From a virus (lineage: Duplodnaviria > Caudoviricetes): a stretch of 64,000 nt of DNA. The stretch's first letter is position 1. Every line of letters begins with the position of its first letter. The stretch is taken from positions 96,001 through 160,000 of IMG/VR virus record IMGVR_UViG_3300032240_001498; one strand, written 5' to 3'. The translations under genes and the position numbers were made by a program. Below, one piece after another: positions 16,527 through 32,000 of the stretch. The notes beneath the pieces were generated by a model. That model had not been told where the DNA came from. It did not search any database and saw only the letters and a program-made list of their open reading frames with translations.

Positions 16527-19500
16527 ATGATACCAGCAACCAACTCAAAACTACTTGTCGCAGAAGATTGGACAAAAATATACCAATCTTTTAACAATGC
16601 AGACTTTAAATCTTACGATTACGATACACTTCGTAGATCAGCAGTTCAGTATCTAAGAGCAAATTATCCTGAAGATTTCAACGACTACATTGAGAGCAGT
16701 GAGTTTATTGCCCTAGTAGATCTTATCTCCTATCTTGGACAAAACCTAAGTTTCCGTATCGACCTAAATGCCCGTGAGAATTTTTTAGAAACAGCACAAC
16801 GCCGCGACAGTATTCTACGTTTAGCACAGCTGATCAGCTATAATGCACAAAGAAATGTACCAGCCAATGGTATGTTAAAAATCACAGCAATGTCTACTAC
16901 AGACAGCGTTATTGACAACAACGGCACTAATCTAGCCAATCAAATTATCAGTTGGAACGATCCTTCTAACAACAACTGGTATCAGCAATGGATCCTAGTT
17001 ATGAACTCTGCAATGCCTGCAGGTATCAATTTTGGAACCCCGACGCTATCAGATACGATTGAAGGAATCCTAACTGATCAATATAGAATTAACACTGACC
17101 AAACAGGTGTTCCTATATACACGTTTAACAAATCCATTAGCGGTATTGCTATGGGGTTTGAAATAGTAAGTTCAACATTTAAAGATCAAAATTACATTTA
17201 CGAAGAACCTCCACTGCCTGGCAGACAAACAGGCGTAATTTGGAGAAATGATAATCAAGGTGCAGGATCAAAGAACACTGGTTTCTTCATGCACTTCAAA
17301 CAGGGAACACTGGCCAGCTCTGCTTTTTCAGTTGATAATCCTGTACCAAATGAAATCATTGGCATTAATGCAACTGATATTAATAATAGCGATGTGTGGT
17401 TATGGCAGTTGAATGCTGACGGTAGCTATAACAAAGAATGGACTAAGGTTGATGCAACAGTTGGCAACAATGTTATCTATAATAGTTTAAACTTAAACAC
17501 ACGAACATTATATGCAATAACTTCTAGAATTAACGATCAAATTGATTTAAACTTTGCTGATGGTAACTTTGGAGATTTGCCTAAGGGCGGATTTGTCCTA
17601 TACTACAGACAAAGCAACGGCCTATCATATACAATTTCACCCACTGACATAAACGGTTTGTCAGTTAGAATTCCCTACATAAACAAAGCCGGCCAATCAC
17701 ACTCTTTAACACTAACACTAAGTTTACAGTATTCTGTTTACAATAGTTCGCCTGCTGAAACAAACGCATCTATCAAACAAAAAGCTCCTCAAAATTATTA
17801 TCTACAGAATAGAATGATAACAGGAGAAGATTATAATATTGGTCCGGTAACAGTTGCATCTGATGTTATCAAAGTTAAGAGTATCAACAGACAGAGTTCT
17901 GGAATCAGTAAGTACTTTGATTTGAATGATGTTACGGGTAGATATAGTCAAACGGATATATATGCCCAAGACGGCATAATTTATAAAGAAGATCAACAGT
18001 TAAGTTTTACATTTACCTTTGAGAATCGTAATCAAGCATTTGGTGTTTTAAAATCAAAAATTGAACCATTGCTCGAAAATCCAACAACTCGAAACTTCTA
18101 CTTTGACAAATATCCAAGACCCGATTTATCAAACATCAACATCAGTTGGGAACTTGCACAAACAGAATCTGGACAAGTCCGTGGGTATTTTAAAAACACC
18201 TATGATCTTACACCACAGCAGGTTGGTTATTTTAGCAGTAGTAATGCACAGTATATCACAGCAGGCGCCCTAATAAAATTTCAACCGCCCACAGGATATT
18301 TTTATAAACCATCTGGTCAACTGACTCAACAGGCGGATGCTACTACACGTACCTATACGTGGGCTAGAGTATCGTTAGTAACAGGTGACGGATCAAACAG
18401 CGGCAACGGATTGTTAAACGACGGTACAGGTCCTATTATTTTAACAGGGTTTGTAGCAAAAGATTCTATTGCAGTTGAGATAATTCCTCAACTGGTTACA
18501 AATTTACCATTTGCACTAGAGAATCAAATTGTAAATCAAATTGTAGGAAAACTTAATTTTGGATTAAGTTTTGACCGTTTGGCAAGAGCTTGGACTATTG
18601 TCACAGATACCAATGTTGATTTACAAACAAAGTTTAGTTTGATATATCAGGGTGACACCACTAATCAAAACGTCGATGCGTCTTGGATTATTGCGTTTCA
18701 GTGGACAGGATCTTCTTATACTGTTTCTTACAGAAAAACAAATTACATATTTGAAAGTGCAGAGCAGACATCTTTCTTTATAGATGATTATAAAAACAAC
18801 TTTGATTATATTTCTAATACCACTATCAAAGATAAAATTTCTGTACTAGGTATTAATACAATTCCTAATCTTGGAAATACCTGGAGACATGGCTCGGCCA
18901 CTCCGCAAACATCTTTAGGATCTAACGGCGACTTTTATCTTAACACACTTAACGATGTTGTGAGTAGAAAGATAAACGGAGTTTGGGTAGTAATACCTGC
19001 AGGGCAAACTATCAACGAATTAGGAAAAGATCATTCGTGGCAAGTTGATGAGGCTGTGGTTGAAAGCGACGGCTATGTAGAACCTAAAAAAGTATTAGTC
19101 AGTTTTTATGATTCAAAAAATAATGGACAAATAGATGATCCTGATAGTTTTTCAATTATCACAGACAGTCAAAATCCTTTGGTGCAAACAGGCTTCCTTG
19201 GAAACTTTGTTTACTTTGAAACAATGCCCGACGGTAGCCGATACCAGTTGGCAAATGCTTCTAAGTTTATAGCTTACCCTGATGAGAGTTATGTAACTCC
19301 AGTTGACGGTCAGCTGTACTATTTTTATTCAGCAGATGTAATCAAACAATATTCTGCGGCAAACCTAGAATATCTATTGCAACCGCAATATTTTGCTCGT
19401 GCTGGCCGCAGTGATTTAAAATTCCATTATATTCACAACAGCGGGGAAGAAAAGCGTATTGATCCTGCCAAGTCAAATATTATTGACATTTATATGTTAA

Positions 19501-20024
19501 CAAGAGGATATGATACTGCCTATAGAATGTGGTTATTAGATACTACTCAAATGGAACCTATGCCTCCAACAACCGCGGCTCTCGAGGATACGTATAGCCA
19601 GTATCTTGAACCTATAAAAAGTATATCCGATACTATTATCTACCATCCTGCAAAATACAAAGTATTATTTGGCACAGCGGCACAATTAAATTTACAGGCT
19701 ACATTCAGGGCCGTAAAAAATCCTAATATTCCCGTTAGTGACAACAATCTTAAAACAAGAATAATTGCGGCAATTAATGATTTCTTTGCACTTGATAATT
19801 GGAATTTTGGCGACTCATTTAATTTTAGTGAACTATCTACATACATCATGAATACAATGACTCCAGACATTATTAACTTTATTATAGTTTCTAAAAACGG
19901 ATCATCTTTTGGCAACCTATTTGAAGTTGCCTGTCAGAGTAATGAAATATTTGTAAGCGGTGCTACGGTTTCTGACGTAGAAATTATTTCAGCATTAACA
20001 CCTTCAAAACTATCTATTGTATAA
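16527..20024 (+). CDS. Baseplate wedge subunit gp6-like (baseplate J-like)
   Basis: ADFKSYDYDTL, NDYIESSEF, ENFLETAQRRDSILRLA, ETNASIKQKAP...QNRMITGEDY; follows gp25. Confidence 0.85.
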   Translation: MIPATNSKLLVAEDWTKIYQSFNNADFKSYDYDTLRRSAVQYLRANYPEDFNDYIESSEFIALVDLISYLGQNLSFRIDLNARENFLETAQRRDSILRLAQLISYNAQRNVPANGMLKITAMSTTDSVIDNNGTNLANQIISWNDPSNNNWYQQWILVMNSAMPAGINFGTPTLSDTIEGILTDQYRINTDQTGVPIYTFNKSISGIAMGFEIVSSTFKDQNYIYEEPPLPGRQTGVIWRNDNQGAGSKNTGFFMHFKQGTLASSAFSVDNPVPNEIIGINATDINNSDVWLWQLNADGSYNKEWTKVDATVGNNVIYNSLNLNTRTLYAITSRINDQIDLNFADGNFGDLPKGGFVLYYRQSNGLSYTISPTDINGLSVRIPYINKAGQSHSLTLTLSLQYSVYNSSPAETNASIKQKAPQNYYLQNRMITGEDYNIGPVTVASDVIKVKSINRQSSGISKYFDLNDVTGRYSQTDIYAQDGIIYKEDQQLSFTFTFENRNQAFGVLKSKIEPLLENPTTRNFYFDKYPRPDLSNINISWELAQTESGQVRGYFKNTYDLTPQQVGYFSSSNAQYITAGALIKFQPPTGYFYKPSGQLTQQADATTRTYTWARVSLVTGDGSNSGNGLLNDGTGPIILTGFVAKDSIAVEIIPQLVTNLPFALENQIVNQIVGKLNFGLSFDRLARAWTIVTDTNVDLQTKFSLIYQGDTTNQNVDASWIIAFQWTGSSYTVSYRKTNYIFESAEQTSFFIDDYKNNFDYISNTTIKDKISVLGINTIPNLGNTWRHGSATPQTSLGSNGDFYLNTLNDVVSRKINGVWVVIPAGQTINELGKDHSWQVDEAVVESDGYVEPKKVLVSFYDSKNNGQIDDPDSFSIITDSQNPLVQTGFLGNFVYFETMPDGSRYQLANASKFIAYPDESYVTPVDGQLYYFYSADVIKQYSAANLEYLLQPQYFARAGRSDLKFHYIHNSGEEKRIDPAKSNIIDIYMLTRGYDTAYRMWLLDTTQMEPMPPTTAALEDTYSQYLEPIKSISDTIIYHPAKYKVLFGTAAQLNLQATFRAVKNPNIPVSDNNLKTRIIAAINDFFALDNWNFGDSFNFSELSTYIMNTMTPDIINFIIVSKNGSSFGNLFEVACQSNEIFVSGATVSDVEIISALTPSKLSIV

Positions 20025-20035
20025 GAATTTAAAAA

Positions 20036-23000
20036 ATGGCAAAAAACACACGCAATGAATTAACTGATGTTTATAATTTAAACGATCCTAGTCACACAAG
20101 AAAGACCAGCGATCTACTACCTGCCTATCTTCAAACAGATAAAAACATAAAATTTTTATCAAGTACACTAGATAGATTAGTTGAAGTTCCCCGTGTCGAG
20201 AGAATCAGCGGATATGTAGGAAGCAAGATAACATCAACCTACAATCCATTAAAAGATCAGTATATTAGTAGTGTATCAAAATTAACTCAGGATTATCAGC
20301 TAGAACCAGGATTGGTTGTAAGAGACGAAAACAATGAAATAACTCATGCAGTAAGCTACGATGATCTAATAAATCAGTTGTCATATTACGGTGCAACAAC
20401 AAATAATCATGACAAAATTTTACGACCAACTACGTATTCTTATGATCCTAAGATAGACATCGATAAGTTTGTAAATTATACACAATACTATTGGTTAGAA
20501 GGCGGCCCGGATCCAATAGAAATCACAGGCATGCAAAATGCTACGGTCAGTGAGTATACTGTCACTGACGGTGGCGCAACTATTGATACTTTTACAACTG
20601 TTGATCTTAAAACAATCAGTAGTGCAAATAATGCCACAGTTTTTATTTTTACACCAAACGGTTTAACTCCGGATCCAACTGTAACTTTTTACAGAGGTAT
20701 GACCTATGTATTGAATGTTACTTCAGTACATAATCTTTATATAAAGACTGCTCTGTCTTACGGTCAAGCAGATCAATATACAGGTGTAATTAACAACGGT
20801 TCAAAAGACGGACAGATTATTATTACTGTAGACGATCTAACACCAGATGTATTATATTATGTAGCAGGCGACGACACCCGTGTTGCAGGAAAGATTGTTG
20901 TCAAGTCCATGCTCGAGAATACAGAATTAAATGTCGAGACAGATCTTATAGGAAAGAAAGTATATCGTTCTGGAAATAATGTTGTCTTGTCGAACGGAAT
21001 GGTAATCTATTTTCCAGATAGTGTATTTCCAGAATCTTATGCTAGAAAGCGTTGGATAGTTGAAGGTGTAGGTACTGCAATCACATTGATAGATTTTGAC
21101 AGTTTACAAAATAACGTAGATTTATCAAATAATCTTGACACTAATTTTGATGCACAACGGTTTGATGAATACCCGTTTGATGATTTTAGAAACGCACCAA
21201 TAACTCCGGACTATGTTACAATCAATCGTGCCAGTCTTGATAGAAATCCGTGGTCTCGGTATAACCGTTGGTTCCACGCCGGAATAATCGAAGCATCTGC
21301 TAAGGCCAACGGAGTCCCTTCAGTATACCCTCAAGATAAACGTGCCCGCCGACCTATTATTGAATTTCAGCCAAATATCAAACTATTCAACTTTGGAGTG
21401 ATTTCAAAGCCTAATGCCCATTTAATGGACACAGTAACAACTGACACGTTTTTTGCAGTTGAAGGAAGCGCAGGATATTATGTCGACGGCGTACTACTAG
21501 AGGAAGGCTACCGTGTTATTTTTAATGCTGACCTCGATCCATTAGTAAGAGGAAAGACATTTGTAGTTAAAATAGAAACAGTTAATGGTAATCAAATCAT
21601 TAACCTGATTGAAGATCTAACATCTACTCCATCAGTTGGCGATGCTGTTGTTACTGCTGAAGGATCTATTTACAGAGGATCTAGTTGGTGGTGGGACGGC
21701 ACCAGTTGGATTTTGGCTCAACAGAAAACAGGATTAAACCAAGCCCCTGTGTTTGACCTATTCGATCCTAATGGAATAAGTTACAGCGACACTACTCATT
21801 ATCCCGGAAATTTTTCTGGAACTAGACTATTTGGATATACAGACGGTACTATATACGATCCAGTATTAAACCTTAATTTAAAATATCTCAATGTGGCAAA
21901 CATTGGCGATTTTCTTTTTACAAATTATTTTAATACAGATACATTTTCTGTAGCATCGGCAACAGGAACAACCATAGTCCCTGTGTCTTCTGGATTTTTA
22001 AAAATATCAGATAAATTTGCAAATGCCTGGGTTAGATCAGCTACTATTCAAATTCCTATTTTGCAGTATCAAGTAATTGAAACAATAACAAACTCTATAG
22101 AAGTCAACGCTATTGATTATGCAGGTTGGCAAACTGACCTAACAATAGATGTTTTTGTTAACGACGTCAAAAAAATAAAATTTGTTGATTACGAAGTAGT
22201 TCCTGAAAATCAATATTTGATTGTAGTATTCAAGGCTAACTTGGCTATTTCTGATAGGGTCTTATTCAAACTCTACACCACAGCAGTTCCTAATGCAAAC
22301 GGAACCTACGAGCCTAGTTTAAGTTTGACAAACAATCCGTTGAATGGCCCTATTACACAGTTAACGTTGGCAGAATTCACTAACCAACTGCAATCTATTT
22401 CTGAAAAAGTGCCGTTCTTTACAGGATCCGCACTAGGGTCTAATAATTTACGTGACTTAGGAGATACTGCACAATATGGTAAACGGTTAATCTCTCATGT
22501 TAGTCCGTTATCATTTGCCCACTTTTTTATTGGCTTAAAAGAACACAGCATCATTAATGCAGTAAAAAAAGTATCAGACGATTATCAAAATTTTAAATCT
22601 ACTTTCTTAAAGGCAGTCGATGAGATAACAAATGCAATAACTCCTAGAGATGCAGTTGACCAAATCCTATCTACAATTAATGCAGGTAAGGACATAATGT
22701 TTCCATACGGATATTCCGATATGGTGCCATACGGGCAGGATTATGTATTAAGAACTTATACTGTAACAGATTTAAGAATTACAACATACGCTCTTCCTTC
22801 AATTGTTAATCTAGTAGACGTTAATGATAACGCTGTAATAATTTACATCAACGGTTCTCAGGCGATGTTAAACATTGACTATACTATTCCTTCAACAGAT
22901 CCTAGTGTAACGTTTGTTAAAAAATTAAACCTTGGCGACCTTATTGAAATAAGATCCTATGCAACTACCCAAGGATGTTATGTTCCTAATACTCCATCAA

Positions 23001-26000
23001 AATTAGGCCTGTATCCTAGCTTTAGTCCATCAAGGTATTTTGATACAACTTATACAACACCGTCATTTGTAATTGAAGGCCATGACGGAAGTATCATGCA
23101 GGCCTACAATGACTATAGAGATGATATTATTTTAGAATTAGAAAAAAGAATTTTCAATAATATAAAATCAAACTCAGTATACTCTCCTAGTCTAGTTGAT
23201 ATCAATTCTGTATTGCCAGGAGCCTATAGAAATAAAGACTTTAGCTATTCTGAAATTTTTAAAATACTAAGTTCAGAGTTTTTAAAATGGACAGGAGCCA
23301 ACGGAGTTGATTATAGAAAAAATATAATTGCGGTAAACGAACCTCGAACTTGGAATTATAGAACTTCTGCAACTAATCCTACAAACAATTTACAACTTCC
23401 TGGTCATTGGAGAGGAATTTTTAAATATTTTTATGATACCGATCGTCCACATACTCATGCATGGGAAATGTTGGGATTCAGCGAACAGCCAGATTGGTGG
23501 AGATCACAATACGGTCCTGCACCTTTTACATCGGGTAATACACTCCTATGGACAGACTTATCATACGGTATTATTCGCCAAGGCCCTAGAGCCGGTGTTG
23601 ATTTAAATTATGCTAGACCCAATTTATTAGACATATTGCCAGTCACTGAAAACGGAACTCTATTAGATCCGCAAAGTATTGGCTTGGCTCAAAACGTTAT
23701 TTTTAATCAAACAAATGCAGAATGGATCTTTGGAGATCACGGACCTGCTGAAACTGCATGGAGAAGATCAAGCTCTTGGCCATTTGCTGTTCAGATATTA
23801 TTGGCCCTTACTAAACCTGCTGATTACGCCAGCATACTATTTGATACCAGTAGAATTCAACTATCAGTTGCAGGACAAACAGTATACGGACTAAACGAAC
23901 AACTATTGAAACTATCGGACCTTATCTTATACAGAGATACGATTGACGGAAAACTGCAATATGCGGCAGGATATAGTGTAATGCTTATTGAAGCAGGTCT
24001 TCAAAGAAATTTAAATTATATTGACAAACTAAAAGCAGATCTTGCAGGTGTTGATTATAATTTAATTTACAAAGCAGAAGGATTTTTAGATAAAGATAAA
24101 CTGGCAGTACGAATTGATTCAGTAGATCCGTCCAGCGTTAATCCCGGAGTGTTGTTACCTGCAGAAGATTACGCAATTCAATTGAATCAAAGTAATCCTA
24201 TTTTATCATTATCGATTAGTGGCATTATCGTTCAAAAGAGTCAAGGCGCCTACATTGTAAAAGGGTATGATTCTCTCAAACCTTATTTTACCATATTGAA
24301 TCCTATACATAGTTTTCAAGATACCAAAGTTACCCTCGGCGGCACTTCTGAGAATTTTGTAACATGGACTGAAAATAAATTTTATCAAACAGGTCAACTG
24401 GTATCGTATCAAAACAACTATTATAGAACAAAACTAAGTCATACTGCAACTACAACATTTAATTCTAGTAACTTTCAACAGTTAGCTGACTTACCAACAG
24501 TGGGTGGCGTTACTGTTGCAAAAGCAAGACAATATGAAACTGCGACTACTACTGTTTCATATGGTTCTACTCTGTTAACAATACAAGATGTCTACGACTT
24601 TTTAATGGGGTATGGCAAATATCTAGAAAGACAGGGATTCGTATTTGACTATTTTCAAACTGAGCTTAATTCAATACTTGACTGGGATTTTGCAACCAAA
24701 GAGTTCTTATTCTGGACAACACAAAATTGGATAGATGGATCAATAATCGTATTAAGCCCCTTTGCTCAACAAGTTAAATTTAAAACTGTTGATAGTTTAG
24801 GGAATCAGACCCTATACGGAATAGTCGATGATCTAACAGATCCTTACTATCAATACAACCTATTAACCGCAGACGGCACAGTATTTCCGTCCCAGCAATT
24901 TACTCTATCGAGAGAAGATAACCAATTTGTAATTGAGTCTTTGCTACCTAACACTGGTTTCTACTTTGCTCAAGTTAACATTATACAAAAACAACATGCC
25001 GTTATTTTTAATAATTTTAGTATGTTCAATGATATTGTCTACGACAAGGAAACAGGTTATCGTCAACAACGTATTAAACTAACAGGATTTAGAACCGCAG
25101 AATGGAATGGCGGGTTAACAACTCCTGGATTCATCTACGACGAAGCAGTCGTGGCTGACTGGCAACAGTATACAGATTACGCACCGGGGGAAGTTGTGCG
25201 ATATTCTGGAAAATACTATTCGGCCATCATGAAAGTTGATGGTTCTGCGGCCTTTGATTTTACTGGGTGGTGGGGATTAGGATTAAAACCTACTCCATCG
25301 TTGTTGCCAAACTTTGAATATAAGATCACTCAATTTGAAGATTTTTATAGTTTAGACATAGATAACTTTGATGTTGGTCAGCAACGTATGGCCCAGCATC
25401 TTACTGGATACACTCCGAGAATATACTTAGATAATATTTTTGATGATAGAATTGCACAGTATAAATTTTATCAAGGGTACATTAAAGAAAAAGGTACAGC
25501 AAACTCTGTTACTAAATTGGCCAAGGCCAGTCTTAATAACTTGCAAGGTCAGGTTGAATTTTTAGAAACCTGGGCTTTTAGAATTGGAGCATTTGGCGGT
25601 TACAATTCATACAAAGAATTGCAGATTAATTTAAGCGATCAGAAATTTGTTCAGAACCCTCAAATAATACAATTTACAGGATTCTCTAGCGTCAACAATG
25701 ATTTTATATATCGTGTACCGCAGAGCGATGTACTAATTGTACCAGACGACTATGATTATAACAAAGTATTTCCAACATTAGATACTAATTTTTCAGAATA
25801 TATTCCTGAAATACAAACAGCGGGATATGTTCGTGTTGACGATGTAACCGCTACAGCATACAATGTTAATAGTATTTTAGACATTGGTGATCCAAACTTA
25901 ATTGCAGAAGGCAGTACTTTCTGGTTAGGCTTTAGTCCTACCGGTAGTTGGGACGTCTTACGATATACAAGACAGAATGTACAGATTATCGATGTTACGG

Positions 26001-29000
26001 TTACTAATCCTGGTATTGGAATTCAATTTACTACTGCACAATCGCATGGATTATCAGTTGGGGAAATAGTCGCTGTTTCAAGATTTATTCCAGATCTTAA
26101 TAAGGTATATCTTATTACTTCTATTGAATCTAATACACAATTTACTGTTTCTAGCACGTTAACTGCGGTGCCATACTCGTCGGATGTATATATTGGAATT
26201 GTTTCTAAATTTGTTTCAGTTCGCTTTGGTAGCTTTGACGATCTAGCTTCCTTGCCGCGATTGACAACAACCAAGTATGGCGATAAAATTTGGGTTGATA
26301 ATGATGGTACTAAGAAATGGGCAGTTTACGAAAAGATTAACAATTACTCAGCTACTACTTATTCGGATGCAGTTGACAATACTAATCAACTGTATGGATT
26401 TTCGTTCAGCACAAATGAGTCAACTTCAACCTATGTAGTTAGTGCCCCTGGATTTTATGATAACAACTACGGCTACGGCAAAATATTTGTCTATGATAAA
26501 ACATCTACTAGAGATGTTAAAACAAATACAATATTCACTTACTCGTTGAAAGACTCTAGTCACGACTATTATCTAAGTACGGTATCTCCTGAGTTTGGTT
26601 ACAGTTTAAAATATGATGCAACCAATAATATAATTTTTGCAGGGGCCCCTGCAACCAGTAGAGTTCGTGGTGATGCAACAGGCACCGGTGATCTAAGGTT
26701 TGTAAATGATGCAAACAATGTAACGCCACTTGATAGAACTGGTATGATTAAAATTACTGCTATTAATAGAATATTAAATCAGCCAGTAACCTTAGCGGCT
26801 TTAACTACGCCCAACCCTACTTCAAATGGTCGATATGGCAACTCAATCGTAGCAAACTCTTCAGCAACTAACAAACAATTCCTAGTTGGAGCGCCTGGGG
26901 AAGGAATTGGTCACGTTTATAATTATACTATGACCATGGGGCAGTATAATACAAGTACTGTAACAGTTTCTGCGTTAACCGCATTATCAAATGCGAATCT
27001 TCCAACAGGAAGTTTCTTTGGTCAAAGTATTGCGGCCAGCGACGATCTTAGCATAGTGGCAGTTGGCGCACCAGGTGCATATACCGATACTGGTGTTGTA
27101 AGAATCTTTACTAAAAATTCTAACAATACATTTACAGCACTACCAGCTGATATTACAAAAGACACAACCGGCCCTGATGGTAAAGGCGGACTGAAAGGTT
27201 TGATTACATCAGGCGACTTGCTTGGTAACAAACTGGTAATGAGTAAAGACGGTCAATATCTGTTTATTAGTAGCCCAGGAACACAGTACGGATTGTATCA
27301 AGGTATGGTTAGTGTTTGGAAATGGAACGGATCTAAATTTGCATGGTTACAAAATCTAACACAGCCAAATAGAAATTCTAATACAATTTTTGGCTTTGAT
27401 ATTTCTGTTGACGACACCAAAGAAACGTTAGTTATTTCAAGTATCGGTACATTAGAATTACAAAATATTACCTTTGACACCTACATGGGATTATTGCCAA
27501 ATGCAACAGCACTATATGGTACAAAATATGTTAAAGACCCTGCAACAGATGTTCGACATGTAAAAACAACATTTGACAATCAATCAACGCGATTCTATAG
27601 TAATATAGAAGGTGCAGGTTCTGTTAGTGTGTTTAATAGATATCAAACATATTTCTCTTATGCACAGGACATACAATCAAATGCGATTACCACAGGTAGT
27701 GACTTTGGTTATTCAATTACACAATTAGGAGGAAACATTTATGTTGGTGCTCCTACTTCTGATACCTTAGCCGGAAAAAATAACGGACAAACATTTATAT
27801 TCCAAAAAATAGATAGATCTGTAAACAGCTGGAGTTTACTACGGTATGAAGAACCGTTAGTTGATCCTGCAGTTATCAAACGTCTCATGATAATCGATGC
27901 AGATAAAGACGTTATTACACAGTATCTTGAGATATTTGATCCTGTAAAAGGATATGTTCCGGGCGCAGCCGAGCAGGAATTGTCGTATAAAACAATGACT
28001 GACCCTGCCACCTACACTCTAGGAACCGGAAAAATATCAGTTGATACAAATGCCAATTGGACAGATACCCATGTTGGTGAGTTATGGTGGGATACCGGAG
28101 CTGTAAAATACTATTGGTATGAACAAGGTGATTTAGAGTATAGAAAAAATCAGTGGGGAACAACGTTTCCAGGGAGTGCTATTCAGGTATATGAATGGGT
28201 TAGCTCTGATTTATTGCCTAGCGAATGGGCGGCCGTGGCCGATACTAACAATGGATTGCTACGAGGAATAAGCGGTCAGCCTAAGTATCCTGACAATAGT
28301 GTACTATCAGTAAAGCAGGTTTATAACCAAGTTACCAACACATTTAGTAATGTATATTATTATTGGGTTAGAAACAAAACCACATTACCGGCCACTAGAA
28401 ATAGAAGAATCAATGCAATAACAGTTGCAGGATTAATTGCTGATCCTAAAAATCAATTAGTAGAACACGCTACAATTTTAAGACAAGATGCATTAGCGTT
28501 GGTTAATATTAAAGGATTGATCAATAACAATTCAACTAATTTACATATTAATTTTGATAGATTAACAAACTCAACCCCACGTCATACAGAATGGTTGCTG
28601 TTACAAGAAGGAGATCCTTATAGTAGTCCTTCTGTAATGTTAGAGCAAAAACTAATAGACAGTTTGGTTGGCTATGATAAGATTGGTCAACCTGTTCCAG
28701 ATCCTTCACTTTCAGTACAGCAACGATACGGCATTAATGTAAGACCCCGTCAAACAATGTTTGCTGATAGAATAGAAGCATTGAGAACGGTGTTAGAATG
28801 GACTAATACTGTTTTATTAGAAAATAGAATTATAAGTTTAAAATCAATTCCTAACCTAAAGATGATGGAACAAATTCCATCTTCTGAAGAAAATGCTTGG
28901 GATCAAATTGTCGAAACAAACTATCAACTGGACCTCATTGAAACTAAGGCATTAAGACAAGCGCAGTTAGTATGTACTATCAATAGTAATGGCGGAATTG

Positions 29001-32000
29001 ACCGAGTAACTGTGTCTTATTCAGGAAATAATTATCTTTACCCCCCAACTGTTACAGTGGCTGGCAACGGACACGGAGCAGTAATCCACACAATGTTAAA
29101 CGATCTAGGACGAGTTGTTGGTGCAACTATTGTTGAGCCAGGATCTGGCTATACAGCAATACCAAAATTGATAGTTCGACCATACACTGTGTATGTGCAA
29201 ACAGATTCTGAAGCAAACAATATGTGGAGTAAGTTTGAGTGGAATCAAGCAGAACAGTTGTGGATCCGTATACACAGCCAACAATACGATGTAACCAAGT
29301 ACTGGGCTCCTGTGGACTGGACTCGAGCAGATTATAATAATTTACAACTAATTTCTTATACAATAAGTGACACATACGGATTGAATGGTATTACTCCTAG
29401 AATTGGAGACCTTGTAAAAATACAAAATGCCGGTGCAGGCCGCTATGTAGTCTTAAAGAAAGTTGATAAAACAATTAAGGTTGGTACATTTGATACTGAC
29501 TATGATATTATCGCTGAAGAAAAAGGAACAATACAAATTGATCCTGCACTATGGAGCCTGTCCCTAACTGACTTTGGCTTTGATGAAGTTGCCGCATACG
29601 ATTCAACTTTCTTTGACCAAGCTCCTGATGTAGAATTAAAATATATTCTTAAAGCAATTAAAGATGATTTGTTTGTAGGTGATTTAAAACACTATTGGAA
29701 CAAATTTTTCTTCCATGCTGTAAAATATGTGTTCTCAGAACAGACCAATCTTGATTGGGCGTTTAAAACAGCCTTTATCAGCGTTAAGAACAAAGCTGGC
29801 GCATTGGATCAGCGTCCAACATATAAGTTGCAAGATAGTGCGTTCTACGAAAAATGGATCGAAGAAGTAAAACCTTATCATACAAAAATTAGAAACTTTA
29901 CAACAGATTATACATCGTTAGAGCCAACTCATACTTTTAGTACTGACTTTGATCTACCTGCGTACTATGATCAAACTTTAGAAAAATTTACGACACTTAA
30001 ATCTTTTGGAGACCCGTTACTTAACACTTATCCTTACAAGTCATGGGCAGATAATTTCTCTTATGGTGTAGGCGAAGTTCAAGTTACTAACGGCGGATCT
30101 AATTATGTAAGTCCTCCTAGGGTAGAAATTATAACAGCGCCGGGCGACACAGGGTACGGAGCGACAGCAATAGCCTATATTAGTCTCGGAAAAGTCTATG
30201 ATTTTGTTGTGACCAATCCGGGTAGTAATTATACAGTAACTCCTACCGTTGTTTTAATTGGTGGCGGTGGCAAAGATTTTGAACCAGCAAGGGCCAGAGC
30301 ACAACTATATAACGGAAAAGTAAGATCAACTTCTGTAACAATGAAATTTGATCGTATTTCCTACGGAACAGAAATTGTAGATATTAATGCAACTGATTAT
30401 TTTGTAGGCGATGGCGAAACCTATACATGGTTGTTAACTTGGGTACCACAAGCCGAGAAGAATACAATTGATCTTACCATAGATGGATCAATGATACTGA
30501 GCGATCAATACACTATCGAATATTATTCAGACTTGTTTACAAATACCAGCGGAGTTACTGCTCTTAAGAAATTTGCAAAATTGGTATTGAATTTTGTTCC
30601 TGATAAAGAAAAACGTCTAGTATTGAAATATATTAAAGATATCAAATTGTTATCAGCAGTTGACCGAATCAACAATTATTATAATCCTGGTTCCGGAATG
30701 CCCGGCAAAGAGCTAACCCAATTGATGAAAGGCATGACCTTTGGCGGAGTTAAGGTCGATACCCTGCCGTTTAATTATGCATCTGGTTGGGATGCACTAC
30801 CATACTATACCAGCGCCTGGGACAGCTATTCTAGTGAAGCTAATTATGGAGTAGTAACTGATCCGTTGAATAAGGCAGTAGCACAGGCAACAAGCATTAA
30901 TGCAGAATTGGCATCAGCAACAACTGAGCTATCATTCTGGTCAACACGTTTATCTCAGTTACAATCAGCGTTAGCACAGACTCCTACTCTAATACAGGTT
31001 CCGGGAGCAGGGGTGCAATTGATTAACAATCCTGAATATCAGTATATTTTAGGACAAGTCAATGAAGCTCAAATTCAAGTAAACAATTATACAGCAAAAA
31101 TTGCTGAGCTCAATGGTATACTAACCAAAGGAGCGGCACAATTAATACCAATAACTACGCCATTTACAGTTCCTGTTGGTACTAATATCAATGTGTATGT
31201 AACAACAGGCTCAGGAAGAACAACTCGACTAGATCCTACAGTAGTTCCTACAATTATTGGATCTGGAACAACAGCAACAGTCTATATTCCGTTGGCTAAT
31301 TTTACTCAGAGTTTTACCGCGACTCAGTATGTTACATTTAGAGATCAAACAAGTGATGGAACAATCCTTCCTGGTGACCCAGATGCATTAGACGCAGTAA
31401 TCAGTGGTGGCCAACTAGGCGAAATCACACTTGGTATTAAGCCATCTGATATTTTACTAGATGGTAGTGCGTTTTTAGATACAAACTATAGTCATGCACC
31501 GGAAGAATTATTACCAGGACAAGTACAAGAAAGTTTTGCTGTTACTGTATTTGAATCAAAGGGCCAAGCAAGTCCGTTGATTATCAACAGAAAATATCTG
31601 TTAGATAATTTAACTACAACTTTTGAAATTGGTGGTAAGCCTGCAAGCACAGCATCTGTGTTGGTAAGCGTTGGTACTACTCCGTTGCGTTATGCAGTTG
31701 ACTATACAGTAAACACCATTGCTAATACAGTAAGTATAGCATCTAATACTTGGACAGGTTGGTTGAGTGTTAGTGGACTAACTGTTGGCGGAACCGGCCT
31801 AGTTGATACTCAGATAGCAACAACAGTAAATGCTACATCTACTACTATTGTTAGTTCTGTTGCATTGGCAAGTATCAAAGATGCCTATGTCACTGTTAAC
31901 GGACAAGAAACAAAAACATTTGCTATTAATGCGGCTCCTGGTTATCAGAATAAGAAAAAGCCAAAGGGAGCAATCACTGTATATCACAACAACATTGGTT